Shown: positions 40,939 to 51,168, counted from the first letter of the stretch. The stretch is 64,000 nucleotides of DNA from Candidatus Spongiihabitans sp. (GCA_965206355.1 OZ242212.1:2096271-2160270), one strand, 5' to 3'. Made by a program: numbers and translations. The notes: generated by a model not told the origin, from the sequence alone.

Positions 40939-42102
40939 ATGCGTAAAATGGTGCGGATTGGCATTGTTGCGGGAGAACCTTCAGGCGATAAATTAGGCGC
41001 AGGACTGATTAAGGCACTGCAAGCCGAGTATCCTGAAGCGGAATTTATCGGTATCGGCGGACCGAAAATGCGTCAGGCAGGATGCGACACCCTCTACGAT
41101 ATGGGGCGCATTGAGCTAATGGGTGTTGATGAATTATTCAGCAAATTCTTCGACATACTGAAAATTCGGACATCGCTATACCGTCAATTCACTGCCCATC
41201 CCCCCGATATTTTTATTGGCATTGACGTACCTGATTTCAATTTGAGCTTAGCGCGTAAACTTAAACGAAAAAATATACGCACGATTCACTATGTCAGTCC
41301 AACGGTTTGGGCATGGCGCGGTTATCGGATTCATAAAATCCGCCGTGCGCTGGATCACATGCTTACCTTGTTCCCCTTTGAAGCGGAGTTTTACCAACGA
41401 CACAAAATCCCGGTGACCTGCGTAGGACATCCGATTGCCGATGAAATTGCCGATGACTTGACCGATTCGCATAAAACGGCAGCGAGAGAAAAAATTGGCA
41501 TAACCGTTAGCCCGGGTAACCTCCTGATTGCACTATTGCCGGGCAGCCGACAGTCAGAAATCAGAAATCTGGCTACACTCTTTGTCGAAGCGGCCGAAAA
41601 AATTTATAATGCTGACCCAACAGTACAATTTATTTTACCTTTCGCCAGCCGCAAAATAGCGAATACCTTTTACCCGCTCGTTGGTAGCCTCAAGCATCTG
41701 CCGATTTTTACACTAGATGGGCAATCACGGGAGGCTATTGCCGCATCCGACATCGTGGTATTGGCATCCGGAACGGCAGCATTAGAAGCGGCGTTATTAC
41801 GCCGACCCCATGTTGTTGTCTATAAACTGAGTGCGATGACCTATTGGCTATTTCAAAAACTGCGACATATTGATTATTATTCCATGCCAAACCAACTATT
41901 ACCTAATCCCGCCATTCCTGAACTGGTGCAAGATCAGGCGACCGCGCATAACATCGTGCAGGCAGTCAATGATTTCATAAACAACCCGCACAAAGTAGCC
42001 CAACTTGAACGCGATTTTACCGACATCCACAAACAGTTAAAACGGGATGCCAACCGACAAGCGAGCAAAGCGATCGTGAGGTTGCTGGGGTCGTCAACAT
42101 GA
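40939..42102 (+). CDS. lpxB: lipid-A-disaccharide synthase
   Basis: IGIVAGEPSGD N-terminus, 387 aa, conserved position. Confidence 0.92.
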   Translation: MRKMVRIGIVAGEPSGDKLGAGLIKALQAEYPEAEFIGIGGPKMRQAGCDTLYDMGRIELMGVDELFSKFFDILKIRTSLYRQFTAHPPDIFIGIDVPDFNLSLARKLKRKNIRTIHYVSPTVWAWRGYRIHKIRRALDHMLTLFPFEAEFYQRHKIPVTCVGHPIADEIADDLTDSHKTAAREKIGITVSPGNLLIALLPGSRQSEIRNLATLFVEAAEKIYNADPTVQFILPFASRKIANTFYPLVGSLKHLPIFTLDGQSREAIAASDIVVLASGTAALEAALLRRPHVVVYKLSAMTYWLFQKLRHIDYYSMPNQLLPNPAIPELVQDQATAHNIVQAVNDFINNPHKVAQLERDFTDIHKQLKRDANRQASKAIVRLLGSST

Positions 42103-42286
42103 TTGAGTATGGTTGCCGCTATTTACCACTCTATTCAGCGCACAATAACATAGGATTCGTTATATGAGATTTTACGTCATTCAAACTCACCCAATCGTGG
42201 AAACAGCACGGCAATCCTGCCATCCCAACAATTCGGCATATCGAAAGCCACGTTGCTGGTAATGATGCAAATATGAGAATTCGCTT

Positions 42287-42910
42287 GTGAATATACCTGT
42301 GCATATAGCATGTCGGGGGGAAATCGCTAATGCTGCTGCCCACAATATTGCTGGCGTTGACGAGGCCGGGCGTGGACCACTGGCAGGACCGGTTTTTGCG
42401 GCAGCCGTCATATTGGATCAAAACAAGCCGATCGCGGGGCTGGATGATTCCAAGAAACTCTCGCCCAAACGCCGAGCTGAACTTGAGTGCATCATTAAAA
42501 AGCGGGCGTTATCATGGTCTGTGGCACTGGCTGATGTCGCAGAAATTGACCGCATCAACATTCTGGCAGCCTCCTTACTGGCAATGAAACGTGCACTGGA
42601 AGGACTACACATTCAGCCTCAATGTGCATTGATTGACGGCAACAAATCGCCAGATTTGCATTGCCCTGCCCGTGCGGTGGTGGGTGGTGATGCCATATAT
42701 GACGAAATCTCTGCGGCATCCATTTTAGCCAAACAAGCCCGCGATCGAGTGATGATTGCATTGGCAGATGTCTTTCCACAATATGGATTTGAGCGTCATA
42801 AGGGCTACCCGACAAAAGCACATCTACAGGCATTACAAACGCACGGCGTAACTGCACAACACAGGCATAGTTTTGCGCCGGTGCGTAATCTGCTGCAATC
42901 CGCTCAATAG
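42287..42910 (+). CDS. rnhB: ribonuclease HII
   Basis: [16 protein letters not shown]...DSKKL motifs; GTG start uncertain. Confidence 0.9.
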   Translation: MNIPVHIACRGEIANAAAHNIAGVDEAGRGPLAGPVFAAAVILDQNKPIAGLDDSKKLSPKRRAELECIIKKRALSWSVALADVAEIDRINILAASLLAMKRALEGLHIQPQCALIDGNKSPDLHCPARAVVGGDAIYDEISAASILAKQARDRVMIALADVFPQYGFERHKGYPTKAHLQALQTHGVTAQHRHSFAPVRNLLQSAQ

Positions 42911-43026
42911 TTAGCTTGTTGCAATGACTCAACCTTATAGAAATAGACGACTCAAGATCGCTTGGCAGTATGCTGCAATCCACTCGATAGTTGGCTTGTG
43001 GCAATGACTCAAGCCTTCGTACATTT
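42891..43026. repeat. 80-bp-period tandem duplication of the rnhB-stop/dnaE-start junction
   Basis: 42891-42946 vs 42971-43026: tgctgcaatccRctcRatagttRgcttgtKgcaatgactcaa..., about 90 percent identical with one 1-nt indel. Confidence 0.85.
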
Positions 43027-46000
43027 GCACTTGCATTCGGCGTTTTCTCTTGCCGACGGCATCGTCCGCCTGAAACCGCTGGCGCAGCAATGTGCCGAAT
43101 TTGAACAACCAGCGGTGGCACTGACCGACTGGTCAAATCTCTATGCTGCCATCAAGTTTTATCGCGCCTGTCTGACGCACGGCGTAAAACCGATTATCGG
43201 TTGTGATGTCTGGGTTGAAAACCCGCTGAATCACAGAAATTGCGACCGTGTAACCTTGTTATGCAAAGATAACGAGGGTTACCGTAATTTGAGCAAAATG
43301 CTGACCAAAGCATATCTGCAAGACAATGTAAAAGACAAAGTGGTGATCCGATGGCGCGAATTCGCCCACTATCAATGTGGTCTCATCTGTTTGTTGGACG
43401 ATCACGAAGGACCGGTCATCAATCTGATGACGCAAAACGCCGAGCACAATATCGAAAACATAGTGCGCCAATACCACGAACTGTTTGCAGACAGATTGTA
43501 CTTTTCCATTAGCCGAATCGGCTGGGCAAAAGAACAAGATGCTATCAACATGGCAGTACAGCTTTGCCAGCAACACCGCATTGCGCTTGTTGCAACCAAT
43601 CGAGTGGTCTTTATCCATCGACACGAATTTGACACACATGAAATTCGTGTCTGCATAAACGATGGTCGGACCTTGGATGACAGCAGACGAGTACGAAAAT
43701 TCACCGATCAACAGTATTTAAGATCGAGTCAGGAAATGTCAGAACTCTTTGCCGATATACCTGCTGCGATTACTAACTCAGTGGAAATTGCCAAACGTTG
43801 CAACCTGTTTTTCAATTTTGATGAAGACTTTTTGCCGGTCTATCCAGATGCCGAGGGGCAGTCGGTGGCGACCATGCTACGTGAACTGGCAGAATCGGGA
43901 CTGGCTAAACGACTACAGCTTGAGCAGCTAACCCATGGTGATGGTACAGCAGTGGCAGAGCAGAAATATATTGATCGACTGAATCTGGAATTGGGCATCA
44001 TTGAACAAATGGGCTACCCGGGATATTTTTTAATTGTCGCCGATTTCGTTCGCTGGTCACGCGAACAGGATATTCCAGTGGGTCCGGGGCGAGGTTCTGG
44101 TGCGGGCTCATTGGTTGCTTGGGCAACCGGTATAACCGAAATAGATCCCCTGCTTTATGGACTGCTGTTTGAGCGCTTTCTCAATCCTGAAAGAGTGTCC
44201 TTACCCGACTTTGATATTGATTTTTGCGTAGATGGTAGGGATCGGGTGATCGAATATGTGGTACAACGCTATGGTAGCGATCAGGTCGCACAAATTATTA
44301 CATTCGGCACGATGGCTGCCAAAGCGGTGGTGCGGGATGTTGGTCGAGTGATGAATTTTCCTTATGGATTTGTTGATCAGATTGCCAAGCTGATTCCTTT
44401 TGATGTGGGTATGACGCTACAAAAGGCGTTAGACGAAGAGCAATTATTACAGAAACGTTATCAGGATGAAGAAGATGTTCAGGAGCTAATCAACTCGGCA
44501 TTACAACTGGAAGGCCTCGCACGCAATGTTGGGAAACATGCAGGCGGTGTCGTCATTGCACCGAAACCACTTACCGAATACACCCCGCTGTATGCCGACA
44601 CCCATTTGAGTCAAGCTATTACACAGTTTGATAAAGATGATCTTGAAGCCATCGGGCTGATTAAATTTGATTTTCTTGGGTTACGCACGCTGACCGTACT
44701 GGATGCCGCGGTAAAAATGGCAAACCGACAGTTAGCCGAGCAAGGTAAACCGATCATTGATATGGACAACATTGCTCCAGACGATGAGGACACCTTCAAG
44801 TTTATCCGTAGCGGTCAAACCACTGCCATCTTCCAGCTTGAATCTCGTGGTATGAAAGACTTGATTATTCGTGCCCATCCAGAAAAGTTTGAGGATTTGA
44901 TTGCACTGATTGCTATGTTTCGACCGGGGCCATTGCAATCTGGCATGGTGGATGACTTTGTCAATCGGAAAAATGGTCGAGAATCCATTCAATACCTCCA
45001 TCCCGATCTTGAAGAAGTATTAAAACCCACCTACGGCGTGATTCTTTATCAGGAACAAGTCATGGAAATCGCTAGAATCCTTGCCGGTTATACGCTCGGA
45101 GGGGCAGACTTTCTGCGTAAAGCGATGGGCAAGAAAAAACAAGAGGGAATGGACAAGCAGTGTACGGTGTTTGTCAGTGGTGCGGTCAAACGCGGTGTCA
45201 ATAAGCAAGTTGCGGAAAACATTTTTAATCTGATGGCTAAATTCGCAGGCTATGGCTTCAACAAATCCCACTCTGTGGCTTATGCGTTGGTGTCTTACCA
45301 TACTGCATGGATGAAAACTCATTATCCAGCCGCTTATATGGCCGCCACATTATCGAGTGAACTGGATACAACCGACAAAGTGGTGATACTGCTTGCAGAT
45401 TGTCGTGCGCTGGGATTAACGATACTGCCGCCCGACATCAATGCCAGCTTTTATACATTCAAGCCAACCAATAATACCGAAATATCATATGGTCTTGGCG
45501 CATTAAAAGGTGTCGGTCGGAGTGTCATTGATAGTATAGTTGAGCAGCGTCAGGCGAATGGTATGTATAAAAGTCTGTTTGATTTCTGTCGACGACTCGA
45601 TTTGCGTAAGGTCAACAAACGTGTTTTGGAGGTATTGATAAAAAGTGGCGCAATGGACGGCGTTGGCAACAATCGCGCAATGTTGATGGCAGACATCAGC
45701 AATGCCTGCCGCGCTGCTGAACAACAGCAACAGGATAAACAAGCCGGACAGTTTGATATGTTTGACGTTGCACAAGTCCCTTTGGATAATCTGGCATCCG
45801 GCGAAATGGCCGACTGGAACGAGCAACAACGTCTTATTGCTGAAAAAGAATCGCTGGGCTTGTATCTGAGCGGACATCCGTATAATCGTTTTACCCACGA
45901 ACTAAAACACGTCTGTGAACATGATGTGTCATTACTCAATTTGAAGACACCGCGTAATGGTATTTTCAGTGGCATTGTGATGTCAATGCGCGTATTAAAT

Positions 46001-46528
46001 ACACGTCGAGGAAAAATGGCATTCATTGCACTGGATAATGCAATACATCAAGTTGAAGCTAGTCTGTATTCAGAAAAACTGAAACTGCTCTCCAGTAAAC
46101 TGCAAAAAGATACGCTGTTAATTGCCGTGGGCGAGCTAAGCACCGATGAACTGACTGGTGGTTGCCAAATACAGGTGGAGAATTTATACGATATCAGCGA
46201 ACTCAGAAAGGCAACTTTGCGTGGCATCCGATTGCACCTGTTAGAACAAAATTTGAGTAAGGGCAGTCTTAAATCTCTACAACAATTATTGCTCAAGTAC
46301 CGTGGCGATAAAACGGCAATCAGTGTCATCTATACGCGGATAAAAGGAGAACAGGGTCAATTACACCTGAGCAATGATTGGAAGGTCAAGCCAGAGCAGA
46401 CATTACTGGACGAATTAGGGCATCGCTTCGGCACAGAAAACATTCACTACCATTACGATACCACAACCCTCATCAATGCCATTCCAGAAAAATCCCATTA
46501 TCGTTCAAAAGCGGTAGCGTCTTATTAA
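43004..46528 (+). CDS. dnaE: DNA polymerase III alpha subunit
   Basis: MTQAFVHLHLHSAFSLADG PHP-domain N-terminus; about 1174 aa from ATG 43004 (in-frame TTG at 42962 also open). Confidence 0.95.
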   Translation: MTQAFVHLHLHSAFSLADGIVRLKPLAQQCAEFEQPAVALTDWSNLYAAIKFYRACLTHGVKPIIGCDVWVENPLNHRNCDRVTLLCKDNEGYRNLSKMLTKAYLQDNVKDKVVIRWREFAHYQCGLICLLDDHEGPVINLMTQNAEHNIENIVRQYHELFADRLYFSISRIGWAKEQDAINMAVQLCQQHRIALVATNRVVFIHRHEFDTHEIRVCINDGRTLDDSRRVRKFTDQQYLRSSQEMSELFADIPAAITNSVEIAKRCNLFFNFDEDFLPVYPDAEGQSVATMLRELAESGLAKRLQLEQLTHGDGTAVAEQKYIDRLNLELGIIEQMGYPGYFLIVADFVRWSREQDIPVGPGRGSGAGSLVAWATGITEIDPLLYGLLFERFLNPERVSLPDFDIDFCVDGRDRVIEYVVQRYGSDQVAQIITFGTMAAKAVVRDVGRVMNFPYGFVDQIAKLIPFDVGMTLQKALDEEQLLQKRYQDEEDVQELINSALQLEGLARNVGKHAGGVVIAPKPLTEYTPLYADTHLSQAITQFDKDDLEAIGLIKFDFLGLRTLTVLDAAVKMANRQLAEQGKPIIDMDNIAPDDEDTFKFIRSGQTTAIFQLESRGMKDLIIRAHPEKFEDLIALIAMFRPGPLQSGMVDDFVNRKNGRESIQYLHPDLEEVLKPTYGVILYQEQVMEIARILAGYTLGGADFLRKAMGKKKQEGMDKQCTVFVSGAVKRGVNKQVAENIFNLMAKFAGYGFNKSHSVAYALVSYHTAWMKTHYPAAYMAATLSSELDTTDKVVILLADCRALGLTILPPDINASFYTFKPTNNTEISYGLGALKGVGRSVIDSIVEQRQANGMYKSLFDFCRRLDLRKVNKRVLEVLIKSGAMDGVGNNRAMLMADISNACRAAEQQQQDKQAGQFDMFDVAQVPLDNLASGEMADWNEQQRLIAEKESLGLYLSGHPYNRFTHELKHVCEHDVSLLNLKTPRNGIFSGIVMSMRVLNTRRGKMAFIALDNAIHQVEASLYSEKLKLLSSKLQKDTLLIAVGELSTDELTGGCQIQVENLYDISELRKATLRGIRLHLLEQNLSKGSLKSLQQLLLKYRGDKTAISVIYTRIKGEQGQLHLSNDWKVKPEQTLLDELGHRFGTENIHYHYDTTTLINAIPEKSHYRSKAVASY

Positions 46529-46539
46529 GATGATCATGA

Positions 46540-48225
46540 TTGAGATGGAGAGTGTCTATCTGCGCCAATACAACACGATTTAGGTATCGAATATTGCCAA
46601 ATTTCAATGAACCCAACTGTGTGGTTGTACAGGATTCAAGCCACAATCGTTGGTTGTATTTTCGCAATCCACTACGAATTTTCACGACCACGAACATTGA
46701 CGAGGTGACCCATCAGCTCGCGCTGGTTGAGTCGGAAGTCGCGCATAATGGACGTTATGCTGCTGGCTTTGTCAATTACGAAGCCGCTCCAGCATTCGAT
46801 AGTGTATTCCCACTCAGGGAAAACTCAGAAGTGCCGCTTATCTGGTTTGCAATCTTCAGTGATTATGAAGAGTTTGACTTTCCTCATCAAGCCGATCCGC
46901 CATCGCAACACAGTGCTACCCGTCATCAAAGCAGACCATTGGATTGGTCGTTACTGCTGGATGAACAAGAATACCAGTCCTCGCTCAGCACAATAAAAAA
47001 CTATATCAAGGCAGGAGATACCTATCAGGTTAACTATTCTTTTCGATTAAAAGCCAGCACATCCCCCCATATGGACAATAGTAATAGCGATGATAACTGG
47101 CGATTTTTTGTGCAAATGGTGCATGCGCAAAACCTTGCCGATCAATGCGGTTATTGCGTTTATGTCAACACCGAAAACTGGACTGTGTGCAGTGCGTCCC
47201 CAGAATTATTTTTTGAATATCACCACCGCACTCTGAAATCAAAACCGATGAAAGGAACGGCACCGCGTGGATTGAGTTACGCGGATGATATGCAAAACGG
47301 CTTTGACTTACAGCATTCCGAAAAGAATCGTGCTGAAAATATTATGATTGCCGACATGGTGCGCAATGATATGGGCAAGATTGCCGACATCGGTTCGGTA
47401 CAGACAACGGCGGTATTGACACTGGAGAAATACCATACATTCTGGACGATGACGACCACAGTACAATGCCAGACCGAGTCGAAATTGAGTGCGATATTTT
47501 CAGCCTTATTTCCAGCGGCATCCATTACCGGCGCACCAAAGTTAAGGGCGATGCAAATTATCGACCAACTGGAAAAGTATCCGCGCCATATTTATACCGG
47601 CTCTGCTGGTTTCATCAGTCCTGACAACTTCGCCCAATTCAATGTTGCCATACGAACCGTCTTGATTGACAAAACCAATAAACAGGCTGAGTTTGGTGTC
47701 GGCGGCGGCATAGTCTGGGATTCAGAATCAGGGGACGAATTTCGAGAATGCCAGACCAAAGCGCGGGTACTAACTTATTCCCAGCCACAATTCGACTTGA
47801 TTGAAACATTAAAATGGTGTGTTGATGAGGGCTATGTTTTCCTGCAACAGCATTTATTAAGATTGCGTCACTCGGCGTATTACTTCTCTTGGTCACTGGA
47901 TGTCGATAGCATTGAGCATCAACTAAATGCCATGCAGGCAAGCTTTCCAAAAACCACTCAGCGAGTACGCGTGCAAGTATCAAAATCCGGCAATATCATT
48001 ATCAACAATAGCGATTTAGTCGCCCTGCCCAATCCCTATGTGGTTAAGGTTGATGAGCGCTCGGTAAATTCAAAAAACTATTTTTTATACCACAAAACAA
48101 CCTGGCGCAATGTGCACGACAGCAGACAACACAGCGACCACTGGTGCTCTAAATTACCCGCCAAATTGCCCACTCACAGTCCACAGTACGATGATCTCTT
48201 GCTATGCATGAAAGAGATGAGCTAA
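46540..48225 (+). CDS. pabB: aminodeoxychorismate synthase component I fused to the N-terminal part of a class IV aminotransferase (ADC lyase-like) domain
   Basis: Chorismate-binding motifs SPELFFE, PMKGTAPRG, AENIMIADMVRND, GAPK, then FDLIETLKW...LLRLRHSAYYF fold-type IV region. The frame ends prematurely at 48225; TTG start is uncertain. Confidence 0.8.
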   Translation: MRWRVSICANTTRFRYRILPNFNEPNCVVVQDSSHNRWLYFRNPLRIFTTTNIDEVTHQLALVESEVAHNGRYAAGFVNYEAAPAFDSVFPLRENSEVPLIWFAIFSDYEEFDFPHQADPPSQHSATRHQSRPLDWSLLLDEQEYQSSLSTIKNYIKAGDTYQVNYSFRLKASTSPHMDNSNSDDNWRFFVQMVHAQNLADQCGYCVYVNTENWTVCSASPELFFEYHHRTLKSKPMKGTAPRGLSYADDMQNGFDLQHSEKNRAENIMIADMVRNDMGKIADIGSVQTTAVLTLEKYHTFWTMTTTVQCQTESKLSAIFSALFPAASITGAPKLRAMQIIDQLEKYPRHIYTGSAGFISPDNFAQFNVAIRTVLIDKTNKQAEFGVGGGIVWDSESGDEFRECQTKARVLTYSQPQFDLIETLKWCVDEGYVFLQQHLLRLRHSAYYFSWSLDVDSIEHQLNAMQASFPKTTQRVRVQVSKSGNIIINNSDLVALPNPYVVKVDERSVNSKNYFLYHKTTWRNVHDSRQHSDHWCSKLPAKLPTHSPQYDDLLLCMKEMS

Positions 48226-48446
48226 CCGAATCATGTCGTGCCAATATACTGGTGGAATCCGATGCGGGCTGGATTACCCCGCCGCTTTCATGCGGATTAC
48301 TAAACGGCATCGGGCGACAACATTTAATATATCAAGGTATCGTTAGCGAATCCATCGTTACCCTTGATCAATTATTATCGGCAAAATCAGTCTGGCTGGT
48401 AAACTCGGTGCGGGGTCGCTGGCAGGTCTGTTTAACCTCTGATTAG
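48204..48446 (+). CDS. pabC: C-terminal remainder of the class IV aminotransferase/ADC lyase domain, in a different frame
   Basis: ERDELTESCRANILVE..GWITPP...LLNGIGRQ continues the domain interrupted at about 48200-48212. Confidence 0.7.
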   Translation: MHERDELTESCRANILVESDAGWITPPLSCGLLNGIGRQHLIYQGIVSESIVTLDQLLSAKSVWLVNSVRGRWQVCLTSD

Positions 48447-48452
48447 TGCTTT

Positions 48453-49193
48453 ATGCTACTATTAACCATAACCGAATGGACACTGCTGTGTTTGGTTTTT
48501 ATCTGGTCTGGCTTTGTACGTAGTGGCTTGGGGTTTGGCGGTGCCGCCTTAGCCATACCACTGATGTTATTGATTGTGGATAAGCCACTACTGTGGTTGC
48601 CCATTGTTGCCACACATTTACTGTTTTTCTCCGCATTGACTGTCTATAACCGTCTACAGGACATTGATTGGCAGTATTTGAAGAAAGCCCTGTTGATTAT
48701 GCTCATTCCAAAATTAATGGGTGTATTTGGATTGCTGAATTTACCGAGTGACTTATTGGTGCTGATCATTTACACCATCACTTTTTGCTATGGACTGACC
48801 TACGTTTTTAATTATTCATTCACCAGCAAGAATCGCCTAGTTGACTATCTATTACTGAGTCTGGGCGGCTATGCAAGCGGCACATCGCTAATCGGCGCAC
48901 CACTCATCTCCGTGGTCTTCGCCAGAAACGTTAGCATTGACAAACTGCGTAACACCTTATTTGCAACATGGATGATATTGGTGGTGATAAAAATGTCCAC
49001 CTTCGTCGTCTTTGCCGTGGATTTGCAATTCAAATACGCACTATACCTATTCCCCGTCACCGCAATTGGTCACTGGCTCGGCTTAAAGATGCACAACCGC
49101 CTCATCAAAGGTGGTGGAGAAAGATATAAACGCCTGTTAGGCATCGTGCTGGTGGTTATCTGTAGCTACGGACTGTTGAGCGCATTACGTTAA
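48453..49193 (+). CDS. TauE/SafE family sulfite-exporter-like membrane protein
   Basis: 246 aa, about 8 TM, G.GFGGAALAIPL motif. Confidence 0.72.
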   Translation: MLLLTITEWTLLCLVFIWSGFVRSGLGFGGAALAIPLMLLIVDKPLLWLPIVATHLLFFSALTVYNRLQDIDWQYLKKALLIMLIPKLMGVFGLLNLPSDLLVLIIYTITFCYGLTYVFNYSFTSKNRLVDYLLLSLGGYASGTSLIGAPLISVVFARNVSIDKLRNTLFATWMILVVIKMSTFVVFAVDLQFKYALYLFPVTAIGHWLGLKMHNRLIKGGGERYKRLLGIVLVVICSYGLLSALR

Positions 49194-49295
49194 TGCCGAA
49201 GGAATTTATGTTGAACATACTTGGATGCCTCCTGTTCAGTTGCGTCTTGTAGCATCCCTAAGAGATCGCTCCAAATCATTGTCTTTTAATTCATA

Positions 49296-49434
49296 GAGAC
49301 CTTTGCACGGAAGATGATTTTGCTTTCAGGTAAGGCAAAAACGCACGGAATGAGGGAGTTTATGCTTATAAATGACCGATTGAGTACGTTTTTAACGTAG
49401 CATGCAGGTGAAATGGCTTTCGTGCAAAGGTCTC
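49296..49434 (+). mobile_element. MITE copy 8 (139 bp)
   Basis: Canonical termini; 5-bp TSD TCATA. Confidence 0.95.
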
Positions 49435-49631
49435 TCATACTCATTTAAGACATGAATGTTGTCATGCTTGATATGTAATTGCCCTTCGTTACCACGATTG
49501 CCGCGATGTTGTCCTTCAAATTACAAATCAAATACTCGAATTCATTAAATGGAAAGACAGATTGATCTTGGTTGATGATTTGCAAGATATTTTGAAAGTC
49601 TTCGGGCGAACCGGTAAAACATTCACAGATT

Positions 49632-50107
49632 TTATTCTTTGAGGCCTTTGCACGGAAGATGATTTCGCTTTTAGGCAAGGCAAAAACGCACGGAATGAGG
49701 GAGTTTATGCTTATAAATGACCGATTGAGTACGATTTTAACGCAGCATGCAGGTGAAATGGCTTTCGTGCAAAGCTCTCTCTTTAATTCTGAAAGTTCCA
49801 TCGTGTTGTTCTTCAATATTCAGATAATTGAAAAATGATTCATCAGTAAACTCTGAATGGGTATCAAAATATTTTGTATGTATTGGTAATGCTTCAATGT
49901 CTGATCGAAGCGCTTTGTGGGTTTCAAATATTGACTTGAATAGCCAGTTAATCACCTTGCTGTTCAGTATCTGACTAAGTTGCCTTACACTAATCGGAAA
50001 ATCATCTTCCAATATCAGCATATTGGCACTGTTCAAGAAAAACATCTGCTCGGTATCATGGTAGAAAACCAAGTCTGATGAAATAAATCTATAAACCAAT
50101 TTTTCTT
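49632..50107 (-). pseudogene. C-terminal fragment of an N6-adenine DNA methyltransferase (TaqI_C-like target-recognition region)
   Basis: KLVYRFISSDLVFYHDTEQMFFLNSANMLIL...LSQILNSKVINWLFKS...LRSDIEALPI. The 5-prime side abuts the IS1595 left end at 50108; MITE copy 9 is inserted 1 codon before the original TAA (49632-49634). Confidence 0.65.
49641..49779 (+). mobile_element. MITE copy 9 (139 bp, variant termini GAGGCC/GCTCTC)
   Basis: 5-bp TSD TCTTT. Confidence 0.93.
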
Positions 50108-50825
50108 GGGGCTGTCCTAGATAACACTGAAAGAGTGCTATCATGGGATCAATGAGAAAGAGTCGTTTAAGCCGTTATAAACAAGGTCGTCTTATCGAGC
50201 ATTTTGTGTCGGGTTCAACCGCCCGCACGGCAGCGTTGCTGGTTGGGATCAACAAGTCCACATCGGCGTATTTTTATCACCGGTTGCGCGAGATTATCGC
50301 ATATGAGCTTGAACAAGAAAGTCATGAGGTTTTTGACGGGGAGATTGAAGTCGATGAAAGTTATTTTGGCGGTGGTCGCAAAGGCAAACGAGGTCGGGGA
50401 GCGGCGGGGAAAATCCCGGTGTTTGGCTTACTCAAACGGGGCGGGAGGGTTTACACCAAGATTATCCCGGATGCCTGTTCAGCAACCTTGATGCCAATTA
50501 TTGAGCGTAAAGTGGTTCCGGACAGCATCGTTTATTCCGACTGTTGGAGCGGTTATAATGTGCTGGACGTGAGCGATTTCAAGCACCACCGCATCAACCA
50601 TTCCCAACGCTTCGCGGAGCAGGGGAATCACATCAACGGCATTGAGAACTTTTGGAGTCAGGCGAAGCGTCATATGCACAAATTCAACGGTGTTCCCAAG
50701 GCGCATTTTGGGCTGTTTTTGAAGGAGTGCGAGTGGCGTTTTAACAACAGCGACCCAATATCTCAATTATTTCAATTAAAACAATGGGTTGGAGTTCATT
50801 TAAACTAGTTATCTAGGACAGCCCC
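50108..50825 (+). mobile_element. IS1595-family insertion sequence, copy 1 (718 bp)
   Basis: 18-bp terminal inverted repeats GGGGCTGTCCTAGATAAC / GTTATCTAGGACAGCCCC enclosing a single 221-aa transposase ORF. Confidence 0.9.
50143..50808 (+). CDS. IS1595-family (IS1016-like) transposase
   Basis: 221 aa; ...VDESYFGG..KGKRGRGAAGKIPVFGLL.RGG.VYT..I...YSD.W.GY......H..INH pattern typical of ISXO2/IS1016-group DDE transposases. Confidence 0.85.
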   Translation: MGSMRKSRLSRYKQGRLIEHFVSGSTARTAALLVGINKSTSAYFYHRLREIIAYELEQESHEVFDGEIEVDESYFGGGRKGKRGRGAAGKIPVFGLLKRGGRVYTKIIPDACSATLMPIIERKVVPDSIVYSDCWSGYNVLDVSDFKHHRINHSQRFAEQGNHINGIENFWSQAKRHMHKFNGVPKAHFGLFLKECEWRFNNSDPISQLFQLKQWVGVHLN

Positions 50826-50863
50826 AATCGTAATTCGTAAAAAAGCACAAGATATGCCATTAA

Positions 50864-51025
50864 GAGACCTTTGCACGGAAGATGATTTCGCTTTCAGGCA
50901 AGGCAAAAACGCACGGAATGAGGGAGTTTATGCTTATAAATGACCGATTGAGACCAATTTTACCAACAGTAGGCGCTTTTAGGCGACGCAGCATGCAGGT
51001 GAAATGGCTTTCGTGCAAAGCTCTC
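50864..51025 (+). mobile_element. MITE copy 10 (162-bp long variant)
   Basis: 5-bp TSD ATTAA; right terminus variant GCTCTC. Confidence 0.95.
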
Positions 51026-51141
51026 ATTAAAACATCGGTCTCAACAGACAGTAGCAGATAATCCATTGCCGTTATTGACTACACGTTCAATAACAAGTGT
51101 TCTTTTTCCCATGCACTGACCACGTTTAAGGATAGTTTTCC

Positions 51142-51168
51142 GTTTGCTTGGTTTGCTTGGTTTGCTTG
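51142..51168. repeat. 9-bp tandem repeat GTTTGCTTG x3
   Basis: Read directly; about 200 bp upstream of the FAD oxidoreductase start. Confidence 0.9.

Noticed and set aside
42555-43136. 193-aa minus-strand ORF spanning the rnhB-dnaE junction
   Set aside because: It is antisense to two strongly supported genes and shows no recognisable motif.
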